38,757 bases of DNA from a virus (Duplodnaviria > Caudoviricetes): positions 1 through 38,757 of the IMG/VR virus record IMGVR_UViG_3300017780_008313. One strand, written 5' to 3'. This document shows, piece by piece, positions 27,067 through 37,700 of this stretch (position 1 is its first letter; each line of letters starts with the position of its first letter). The position numbers were made by a program, and so were the translations under genes. Below the pieces are notes generated by a model. The model searched no databases. It saw only the letters and a program-made list of their open reading frames with translations, and was not told where the DNA came from.

Positions 27067-30000
27067 ATGGCAATTAATAAATATGCAGATGGCTTGACTT
27101 ACGTATTATTTCCTGGAAATTTAGGATATGGAGCGGTTGGATATAATTTTCCAAATAGCACTGCTCAAGATGATGGTGGTGGAGTTGGAGCTATATCTTT
27201 ATCTTTTAGCGGTTCTACTATTCCATATCTTGGCACAGAATATGTGACAGGTTGGGGATATGGACCTAGTGGATTTTATTCTGCTTATACCCCATTGGCA
27301 ACATTAAAAAATGATACTTATAAAGATTTTAGAGCGGGATTCACGAATCCACCGCCAAATACAACATATTCAAACGTAGATAATAATGCTCCAAATTTAA
27401 AATCTATTTTTTCTGTAGATAAAAGTAGAGCAACTGAAATTGCTTATGGTAGTAAAAAAAATCTAACAGCACTAAGTTCTATTTCCGAAATAAATATTTT
27501 AGATTTAGTTTGCGAAGGTCCAATTGAAGGTTTTCCTACTGGAAAATATTATTATAGTTTAAGTGGTAAAACTACTGGAGATATTGGTTATAGTTCATTT
27601 AGTTTTGAACCTTACGGATCAACAAATAGTGTGCCACAAGCTAGATCTATATTCTGGGACGAAGTGCCGCTAGCAGATCAAAAAGGATTTAATAATTTTC
27701 AATATTCAGATTATAAATTTACTTATGGAGAAAAAACAAATGATCATACAGTTTATAATCCATATTTAAATCTTTATGAAGAAAGAAGAGATTACTTTGG
27801 AAAACAAGTAGATAAAAATAATATACCAATTCAAACTTCTGTTACAAAATCAATTGGTGAAAGAATTTATGGATTTTATCTCATCAGCGGTAGCCAAAGA
27901 GTAGTAACACCAAAAACATATTACATATACAATACAGACATTTCCTCTATAAAAATTAATATTAAAATATCAAGTCTATATGAACAAATAGTTAAAGGTA
28001 CTAATGCTGGGGATATAGAACAGCAAGAAGCGCAATTTCAATTTATAATTTATAGACTTTTAAAAGATTACTCTTTAGTCCAATTAGACACTTCAAAATA
28101 TCCACCTTTTGAAACAGATGCTTGGTCAAATGATGAAATAACTCTAAAGGGTAAGATTTCAACTTCACCAATCATTTGGACATACGAAGTTACACTAAGA
28201 CCATTTGCCGAAAATAGACCAACTTTTCAATTGTTTAATGATCAAATTGGTTGGGTAGTAGATATTATCAAAACATCTAGAGAGGCTACTTCTTCCAGTA
28301 TTATGACCGAAACTTCAATAGATAGTATCACAGAAGTTTATTCTGATAGATTTGTTTATCCAGATTCTGCGCTAATATTTTCAAAATTTGATGCAAGATA
28401 TTTTAGCTCAATTCCCAGTAGATCCTATTTACTAAAACTTTTAAAAGTTAAAATTCCTGTTAATTATGATCCTATTAAAAGAAGCTATAGTGGTCCTTGG
28501 AATGGTAAATTTAAAGTTGCATGGACAGATAATCCAGCATGGTGTTTTTATGATATTATAACAAATAATAGATTTGGATTAGGTAAATATATAGATTCTA
28601 AACTAGCAGATAAATGGAATTTATTTGAAATAAGTCAATATTGCGACCAATTAGTAAGTGATGGAGTTGGTGGATTAGAGCCAAGATTTAAATGCAACGT
28701 ATATTTTGGCACAAAAGAAGAAGCATATAAGGTTTTAAATGATATGGCAAGTTTATTTTTAGCCATAATTTACTATTCTGCTGGTCAAATATTCTTATCT
28801 CAAGATTCTCCAAAAGATTCAATTTATTTATTTAATAATAGTAATGTTATTGCACCTGGATTTTCTTATTCTGATGCTTCGAAAAAATCGAGAAAAACAG
28901 TAGCAATAGTAAGATATAATGATGAAAACGACAATTATAAACCAGCCATAGAGATAGTTGAAGACGTTGGAGCCATGCTTAAACTTGGAGTTAGAGAAAC
29001 AGAAATTACGTCTTTTGGATGCACAAACAAAAATCAAGCAAGAAGAGCTGGAAAATGGCTTCTTACAACTCAAAATTTAAATACAGAAATTGTAGAATTT
29101 CAAGTAGGTTTAGAAGGTAGCTTTGTAAGGCCTGGAGATGTTGTATCTATTTATGATCAAACAAGAAAAAATTTAAGTTATGCAGGTAGAACTGTAGAAT
29201 TAACAACTGGATATGCAGTATTGGATTTACCATATAATTCTACAAATACATATGCATTAAGTGGTGTTAATGCAAATAATTCATTCATGTTTGACGTTAT
29301 AACTCCAACATATAATTTAGATTTTGGAACAAATTTGGGTGATTTGTATGTTACAGGTTATACCTCTTCTGTAAATTCTTCTGGAATTAGTGGATTAAAT
29401 AGCTCATTTTTCAAAAGAAGTCAAATACAATCTATTAAAATTAATAGTCCGAAAAATTATATAACAAGTGGATCTGGAATATATTCTAATAATATACGAA
29501 TAAACTTTCCTTCTCCTTTATTAAATATAAGTAGTGGATATTTATTTCCTCAAAGTGCACCATGGATTATAAATATAGATACCACTGGTTATTTGCCCGC
29601 AGGGATCAATACAAGGTCTAATATAAATAATGAAGCTCAAACTGTTTATCCAGGTTATTATTTAGAATCTTATTTAAATAAATCTCAAAAATATAAAGTT
29701 TTAAATATTATAGAAAATGATAATGCTATATTTACAATTAACGCTCTAAAATATGATGATCAAAAATTCAAAGATATAGATAATATTGGACAACTAGTTA
29801 ATGTACCAATAAGACCAAGTCTACCTGTTCAACCTGAATTAAGACTTAGTACTATTTTTAGAGATAAAAATGGTTGTTATTATATCCCATATCTTAATGA
29901 TTATGCATCATATGGGTGCGGAGATCCAACTTTAGGTGATGTACCCTACTCAACAAATCAAGGTGGGATTAATAGTATAATATATGATATAATTCCACCA

Positions 30001-30312
30001 GCAAATTCTTCAAATACTGTTTATCATACATATGTTAAAACTGGTACAAATTTTAATTTTGATACAACGACAGAGTCTTTTGTAAATGCAATTTCAATCG
30101 AAAATATAAAGACTGGAATATCATATAGTTCCGCTTTAGCAACACCAATATTTCCTCCTTATATAACTCCACTTTATACTGGCTTTTATTATTTTAGAGT
30201 TTTTGCACAAAATAGTATAGGAGAAAGATCCTCACCAGCTACAGGATTGTTAATCTTTAGAAATCAAATTTCTGCAGCTGACGTAACTGCGTCTGGAATT
30301 AATATATACTAA
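27067..30312 (+). CDS. Tail tip / host specificity protein J-like
   Basis: DLVCEGPIEG, WTDNPAWCFYD, RFGLG, EPRF.CN, GCT...QARR.GKW, RPGD and an FN3-like end (YYFRVFAQN..G..S). Confidence 0.92.
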   Translation: MAINKYADGLTYVLFPGNLGYGAVGYNFPNSTAQDDGGGVGAISLSFSGSTIPYLGTEYVTGWGYGPSGFYSAYTPLATLKNDTYKDFRAGFTNPPPNTTYSNVDNNAPNLKSIFSVDKSRATEIAYGSKKNLTALSSISEINILDLVCEGPIEGFPTGKYYYSLSGKTTGDIGYSSFSFEPYGSTNSVPQARSIFWDEVPLADQKGFNNFQYSDYKFTYGEKTNDHTVYNPYLNLYEERRDYFGKQVDKNNIPIQTSVTKSIGERIYGFYLISGSQRVVTPKTYYIYNTDISSIKINIKISSLYEQIVKGTNAGDIEQQEAQFQFIIYRLLKDYSLVQLDTSKYPPFETDAWSNDEITLKGKISTSPIIWTYEVTLRPFAENRPTFQLFNDQIGWVVDIIKTSREATSSSIMTETSIDSITEVYSDRFVYPDSALIFSKFDARYFSSIPSRSYLLKLLKVKIPVNYDPIKRSYSGPWNGKFKVAWTDNPAWCFYDIITNNRFGLGKYIDSKLADKWNLFEISQYCDQLVSDGVGGLEPRFKCNVYFGTKEEAYKVLNDMASLFLAIIYYSAGQIFLSQDSPKDSIYLFNNSNVIAPGFSYSDASKKSRKTVAIVRYNDENDNYKPAIEIVEDVGAMLKLGVRETEITSFGCTNKNQARRAGKWLLTTQNLNTEIVEFQVGLEGSFVRPGDVVSIYDQTRKNLSYAGRTVELTTGYAVLDLPYNSTNTYALSGVNANNSFMFDVITPTYNLDFGTNLGDLYVTGYTSSVNSSGISGLNSSFFKRSQIQSIKINSPKNYITSGSGIYSNNIRINFPSPLLNISSGYLFPQSAPWIINIDTTGYLPAGINTRSNINNEAQTVYPGYYLESYLNKSQKYKVLNIIENDNAIFTINALKYDDQKFKDIDNIGQLVNVPIRPSLPVQPELRLSTIFRDKNGCYYIPYLNDYASYGCGDPTLGDVPYSTNQGGINSIIYDIIPPANSSNTVYHTYVKTGTNFNFDTTTESFVNAISIENIKTGISYSSALATPIFPPYITPLYTGFYYFRVFAQNSIGERSSPATGLLIFRNQISAADVTASGINIY

Positions 30313-30314
30313 TT

Positions 30315-31727
30315 ATGAAAATAAATAATCTTGATTTAACTTTCGAATGGGACACAATAAGAAACATTCCAGAATATTTTGGAATTTATGAAAATTTTCC
30401 TAATTATGATGTTATAATAAAAAATACCGAAAATGAATCAATACAAGAGTTTAAAAATATTAATGATTATAATCCAGCAATAGATAGATCTAGCAGAAAA
30501 ATACCTGGTACTCCAAAAATAAAATTTTACAGTTCTGTTTCTAAAAATAAAGCTAAAAGTATTTTTAAATACGATTTCATAAATAATTATTTAAAATACA
30601 AAGAATTTAAAAATAAATTAGGATTTTTTAAAAAATTAAAATTTGAAATTAAATATAATAAATCTGAAAAAACTTTTGAAAATGAAATAGAGTACGATGA
30701 AATAGAAAATTTAAGTAAAAATCTTTTATTAAATAAAATATATAGAAGTTCAGATTATGTTAGTATGAAAATGTTAATAAATAAAGATTATTTTGATGAA
30801 AAAAATATATTTTCTTTTTTAATTTTAAGCGAAGTTTCTAATAAAATTTTAAAAAATAAAAAATTAAATAATATATTCATAAAAGATATTAAAGATAAAT
30901 GGTTAAATGTAAATAATTCAGTAACATTGCTAACTATTCCTTTTCTTGAGACTGACATAGTAGAGATTTCAGAAAATTTAAATATTAAAATTATTCCATT
31001 AAATTATTTTCAATCTGAATTATATTCTTTTTTAATTTCAAAAGAATCTGAAGAAGATGTAAATAGTTTATATCAAGAATACTTTCCTAATCAATGCTTT
31101 AATATTGGAAAAATTTATAAACAATCACTAAATAATGATACCGTAGCATTTTATCAAAATTACATATATTTATTTAATAAAGATAGTATTGAAACTAATT
31201 CATTACAAACAGATTTAAATATAAATGATATGATTTTTAATAAATATTTTCCTTTACTTAATAAGGCTCAATCTAACAAAACGATCTGCTTATCTGATGA
31301 TTTAAACACTGATGATGTTTTAGATAATACTTACAATTTAGAAAAGGATTATTTAGGATATTATGCAAAAGGTTTAATTGATTATGAGGACGTTGTAATA
31401 GATCTTGATTATCTTCAAAATCAAGGTATCAGAAGCGCTAAAATACTAGAAATTGAAGAATTACCTGATACTTGTAATATTTATATTGAATTTATAACAT
31501 CTTTTTATAACAATGAAAAATTTTATATAGAAACTAGTAATAATCTTAAATTCCATGAAAAGTATAAAACATTAATTGAAGATAAAGAATATATTACTTT
31601 ATTATTTAAATACTCTTATGATCTGCAAAATTTAAATGAATATTTAAGTGAAAATAGTTCCATTAATAAATCTCAAATATTATCAGACAAAGACTTAATC
31701 AACTTTTCTGTTAAATTAATAATATAA
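30315..31727 (+). CDS. Hypothetical protein, very N/K/I-rich
   Basis: 470-aa ORF directly after gpJ; no motif recognised. Confidence 0.7.
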   Translation: MKINNLDLTFEWDTIRNIPEYFGIYENFPNYDVIIKNTENESIQEFKNINDYNPAIDRSSRKIPGTPKIKFYSSVSKNKAKSIFKYDFINNYLKYKEFKNKLGFFKKLKFEIKYNKSEKTFENEIEYDEIENLSKNLLLNKIYRSSDYVSMKMLINKDYFDEKNIFSFLILSEVSNKILKNKKLNNIFIKDIKDKWLNVNNSVTLLTIPFLETDIVEISENLNIKIIPLNYFQSELYSFLISKESEEDVNSLYQEYFPNQCFNIGKIYKQSLNNDTVAFYQNYIYLFNKDSIETNSLQTDLNINDMIFNKYFPLLNKAQSNKTICLSDDLNTDDVLDNTYNLEKDYLGYYAKGLIDYEDVVIDLDYLQNQGIRSAKILEIEELPDTCNIYIEFITSFYNNEKFYIETSNNLKFHEKYKTLIEDKEYITLLFKYSYDLQNLNEYLSENSSINKSQILSDKDLINFSVKLII

Positions 31728-34700
31728 TTATCTTCTGAGAATCCCGCCAGGTCTTTGTTGTTGACTGATCACTTCCATTACTTGATTTTTGATTAAAGTT
31801 GCCAAAGCCTTGCTATCTTCACCTCTTTTTTGATTGTCTTCTTGAGCACTTGAAGTGGAATTTTGATTCATATTATCAGATGCTACTTCTCCACCGCTGA
31901 CATTAACTGTTATGTTTACATTATTTGTAGAGACAGCGGTACCTACTTCACCTACTTGATTCATTGAATTACCAACTGTTCCACCATTAGCAAATTTTCT
32001 TGCTCTACCAGAATTGAGATCATCAAAGAATTTTTTACCATAATTATTAACAGCCTCTTTTCTCATTACAAATTCACCACCCATTAAAAGAGCTGGAATA
32101 TCATCTTTACCACTAGAGCCACCGTTTGCAAAACCTTTAATATATCCACCGCTAGCTTTACCTACTTTTAATCTTCCTCCAGAATATGGTGCAGGTTGAG
32201 TAGGCGTATAATCAGTGCTACCATAACCAGATCTTAAATTTACATCATTTACAGGCCTAGCTCTTCTTACTTCTTTAGAACCCAATGGAGATCCAGGGGC
32301 AAATAGCAAATCAAATCCTCCCATTGATGAAAATTGACTTCCTGCTGCTCCTAAAAGACCAAGACCAAAACCCATGAATGCACCCCTGCTTTTTGCACTT
32401 TTTTGATTATTATATTCATCTTGTATCTGCTGATTCATTCTTATATTTTCTTCAAGAGCATCTCTATTAGACTGCATAACGTCTTGCACGTAATTTAAAT
32501 AATCATATAAAGCTGCTTCTCTTTCTTTACGTTTGGCATTTTGTGGATTATTTTCATCAGTTATAGCTTGTAAGCTTAATCTTTGATCAATTACATCCTC
32601 TCCTGCAGTAGGATAAAGAGCATCATTATATCTATAAGTATTTGCTCCGAAAAATTGAGCTTCTCCACCACCAGCAAATTTTTGGACTCTTCCGCCATAT
32701 TTAAAATAATCATTATCATCTTTCTTTTTACCAAATACTGAAGATATACCCTTAAGCATAGGAGCAAACCCTGGGTTTGTTGCTGCACCTTGAATAGATG
32801 CTTGGGCGGCCATTGCCATCATCATAGGCTGTAGTCCACCAAAAAAGTTTTTTTGAACTTTTCCTTCATTTAACATTTGTAAATATTCTGGACCATATTT
32901 TTTAACTGCATTTTTTCTTATAACATATTCTCCACCGCTCAACATAGCTGGAACATCATCTTTATTTCCTGATCCGCCAGTTACATTACCACCAGATGAA
33001 TATCCTTTTATCATTCCGCCTTTTGATTTGGATAGACCGCTTAAAAAATCTCCGATTCCACCACCGATACCGCTAGTACTACCAAAAAGTGAACCAAAAA
33101 TTTGATTTGTTGCAAATTCTAATGCTAATTGTTGTATTCTATTACTAATATTAAGAGCCATTTTTGTAAAAGCATCACTAGCAGTTTCTGTCCCATTAGC
33201 AAAGGATAAGAAGGCGTTATTAAATTCACTTTTAATTGTTCGTGCTGTATCTGCTGCTCCAAGTTGAGCCTCTCTATAAGAGTCTTCTACTCTATAATCA
33301 AATTCATCAAAAAATGAAGCTGGAAAATCTTCTAGTTTTGTTTCTCCACCTAATATCCTTTTTTCTCTTCCAGCCTGTCTTGCTCCTCTAAAGTCTTCAG
33401 CAAACATTAATCCTCGCGCTCTTTGATTTAAAGCTACAAGTTCTTCTTGGCTACCTTGAACAGCTAGACTAAATTTATCTAAATCTATAACACCTTTTTT
33501 CTGTAAATTACTAGTTTGCTCTATGAATTTAGCGTTAACTTTTCTTCGTTCTGTTTCATTTAATATAGATGAATATATTTGTTGTTGAGCGTCTAAAACT
33601 CTTCCAGTAGCAATACGATTAGCATTCAAACTCATGTCTTTATCTAAAACTTCTTTGCTGTATTCTTCTAGAGATTTTACGTTTATATTCTTTCGGAAAG
33701 CGTCGGCTGAAGCTACATTTGAAGAAACATCACCTGCAAGTCCTGCTCTTCTTAGAAAATCTTCTTTTCTGTATGTAAGCAGTACTTCAAGTCCTTTATC
33801 TGTCTTTTTAACCGTAAGACCAAGTAGACCTAAAGCTTCATTTAAAGCTTGCGCTTGTTCGCTTGTTTCATCAAATGGTAGACCTCTTAATGGTTGTATT
33901 ATAGAATCTATCATGCTTGGGCTAATTTCTGCATCTTTAAAAAGTTGCTCAACTGAATTAAGTATTATATTTTGACTTCTTTCCTGAAATTCTTTTTCTT
34001 TTTCTTTATATACTTCTGGCGCAACAATGCTTTTTAATCTATTTAATTCTTTCTGATCTATTTCTTGTGCTACCAAAGGACTTACTCTACCTTTATTAGC
34101 ATAAGCTCTATCACCATCCATATTAGTTCTGTATCCAAATCTTTTTTCTACAGCATCTGTAAGATCTCTATTTGATACGTTTATGCCTTCATTCCCCAAA
34201 CTTTCATTTAAATTTTTTTGAAAATTTTCAAGTATCTTAGGGTTGCTCATTGCTGAGCCAGCCAAAGACATCCCTCTCGCATTTTGCATGCCCAATATAG
34301 AAGAAATCAGTTTACTAGATTCTTCTGTGGTTACTTTTTTATCAGAAGTGATTTTAAGTATATTTGCTAAGTTTTGTGTATTTGCACTTTGCACCTGCAA
34401 AGCAGTCTGAACTTGACTTAATCCTTCTGCAATTTTTTCAAAATCTCCAGTAGATAATGTTTTTGCAAGACTTTCTCTAAGGTTGTCTGGAGTATTAAGA
34501 AGTATTTTTGATAATTGTTCATTATTTTGTGATAGAATTTTTTGTTTTTCTCCCAAAGAAATATTTTCGTCTTTTAATTTTTCTAAATTTGAACTGTAAG
34601 AAGAAAAAGCAGAATTAAACTCTTCAATTTTATCTTTATTTTCTTCAGAAGCATCGATTAAATCTTTAATTGTTTGATCTGTAGCTGCGTATGCGCTTAT

Positions 34701-37700
34701 CAATCCTGGTATCAAAGTAGATAAAGCTACCATTCCTCCAAATTTTGCTCCACCCCCCATAGCAGCAGCTCCTAAGCCAAATTGAGCAGATTGACCCACG
34801 GTTGATACAATTTGTTTATTTTTTTCGTTGTCTTTGACTCCTTCAACTTTAGAGTTAATAGCTGCTACTAGTTTTTCTATACCATATGAAAGTCCTGCTG
34901 CTACTGCAGCCCGAATAACAAATTGAAGTGCAATATATGCTCCCTCAGCCAAGGCAAAATTAGGCACAAAACCATTTGCAGCTCCTGAAGTTTTAGCTTT
35001 GCTACCAGCCCTAGATACTCCTTGACCCAAACCAAGAGGCTCATCTTTTGTGTTGTAGACTCCTAGACCAAGAGGATTCGAAGCAGAAGTCAATCTTTGG
35101 TCTTTGCCAATTCTTACTCTAGATGGAGATGTTCCAGCCATAACTTCTCTATTTATAGAATCATTTAGTGCTGAAAAGTTAGGTATAAAACCTTTAGATT
35201 TACTTTTTCTAGAAGAAGTTTTTGGAATTTTACCACTTAATAATTCTGTGAATGGAAGACCAGGGATATTAGAATTGTAAGCTTTTTTAATTATAGATCT
35301 AATTGCTGTAGAATCAGAGGTTAATTTTGCATCAGCTTTAATTAAGTTAGATTTAAATCCAAATCTTGATTTAAATTGTCCACTTGCTGCTCCAGCTTCT
35401 TCAAAATCAAAAGGTCTTCTGAAATCGTCATCTACAGATTGTATAAATTTTCCTGGATTTTTTGTAGCAATTTTTACTACTGTTTCAAAAAGATCTCCTA
35501 TAGCTCCTGGAGGCAAGAAGCTTTTACCATTTTTAATTTTTCCAAGTACTTCATTTACTCCATCTCCTTGATTTCCTAACGCACTACCCATGAACTGTGT
35601 TGCCACATTAGCTAAAGGTGGTAAAATTTGCTCTGTTAATAATCTAATAAACTCGTTGGGCTTTTGCTTGTCTAAAGCATCTAAAGATCTAACTTGTACC
35701 TTCTCAAATCGAACCATGTTTGAACCTATAGATGGGTCCGCTTTAACTGCATTAGAAAACATTGGTAACGTAGCCAACGAAGTAGAGGTAGGCACATCAC
35801 CGCTTTTGCCTCTTAAAGATAAAACTCCTAAAGTTTCTGCATTAAAAGATTTGGTTATTTTAGTTGGATTATTAGTAGAACCTCTTTGCGTTAATACCGT
35901 TTGTTTAGTTGAATTTACAGCTATTAATTCGCTTGGTGTTAAACGACTAGTAAATGTTTGATTTGATAATGATCTTATATCTCCTTTAGATAAAGCTTTA
36001 CGTATTGCTTCTTGTACAGCTGGAGATATTGTTGAAAAATTTGGTATGAAACCAGAACTTGCATACGGATTAAATCCATATACTGAATCAAATTCACTTT
36101 GATAATTTTTTCCAGCTTTGCTACCTTGAGGAGGCATAATTGCTGGTTGATCCATTCCAGGAAATTTTTTAACTTTTTCTGCTGAGTTATAAGTCACAGA
36201 ACCTTCTCCAGGAATGTTCATTTTACGAACATATCCAGGATCATACCCACCAGCTAATGCTCCTAAAATTTCTGAACTAGCAAAATTAGGAATAAATCCC
36301 GCACTCTTTGCTTTTAATACTCCACCTTTAGCAGATAATCCTTTTCCAACTAATCCAGTAGTTAATGTAGATGACAATGAAGCGGCTTTTTGTCTTTCTA
36401 AAGTCTGCTGTCTTATAATTCCAAGAATTTTATTTTCAACATCTAAAACAGTTATTTCTTTATTATAAACTGCTTGAACAAGAGCAGGTTCTTGAGATAA
36501 AACTTGATTTATCTTTGCTTGTATTGCTGCTCTTTCTTCAGATTTTGTGTTTAAATTCAAAAGAACTTGTAATGATTGTGCAGCAAATTTTCCTAGATTA
36601 AACACCAATTTAGCAACAACTGCAGTAAGCAAAACTATTCCAGGACCAGAAACAAATGCCCCAATTTGCTCAAATATACCTTTGGCAATTTTGTTTCCAA
36701 TACCACCACCATCTACATCAATATTTTCTAGTCCTTTATTTAATAAATTTAATAAATTTTCTATACTTGGTCCAAAAGATACTTTTCCAAGATCAGAACC
36801 TACCTTGGTTAAATTTACAAAAGTTTTATTAATCAAAGAAGATAAGGTTTGATTTAAAGCTTCGTTTCGAGTTATGGCTTGATCCGTTGCGCTAGATGAA
36901 GTTTTAAGTGCGTTGTTATAAACAGAATATTCTTTTCCTAAGTCTGCTAATGCTGCTTTTAAAATATTGATTTGGAAAACGCCACCAACAGTTTCTGCTA
37001 CTTGAGCTCTTTGCGAATCACCTAAAGTTCCGAAAGTGCTTGCAAGATTAGATAATACTTGAATTGCTGGCAATGTACTTCCTTCTAAAGTTCTAACTTG
37101 AATGCCTAATTGTTCTAATTGGTCAAGAGTATCTGTTCTTTGTATTCTAGTAAAAATAGTTTTTAAAGAATTTCCAATAACTGCTCCACCTCTAGCAGTA
37201 GTTTGCTGAACGCTTGTAACAATTGCTAATAATTCATCAAAATCAACTCCTGCGTCTTGAGCAGAACTACCAACACGCTTGATAGCTTCTGCAAGATCTG
37301 CACTACTAACAGCAAAAGCAGCGTCAACATTAGCTAATTTATTAATAATAGTGGTAGAATCTAAAGCGGCATCACTAAAACTATTAATTGTTGCTGTTAA
37401 AGCTTCCACAGAGGCTACTGTATCTAAACCGCTTAAACGAGTTAAAATAAGAGCATCTTTTGTTCTTTTGAGTGTTGCTTCTAAACCTAAACCTTGACGA
37501 GAGAATTCTGTTGCAGCTCGAGCAACTGAATCGAAACTTTGGCCAGTGCTTTTTGCTATATCAAATAGTCCAGAGCCGAAAGTATTTAAACTTTTTGTGC
37601 TTACATTTAATATAACATTAATATCAGTTAATGATTTTTGAACGTCTATAGTGCTTCTTATTAATGAAGAAAATGCCTTTTCTACCCCATAAATTAATCC

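Noticed and set aside
23921-31736. Actively invertible tail segment (TATAATTA..CTTCT similarity at both ends)
   Set aside because: The match is short, AT-rich and in direct rather than inverted orientation, and no invertase is seen in the window.
1945-37497. Many short ORFs in the track on the opposite strand or in shifted frames (e.g. 7455-8093, 13827-14138, 33634-33975, 35590-36852)
   Set aside because: They lie wholly or almost wholly inside well-supported genes and show no recognisable motifs, so they are treated as shadow ORFs.
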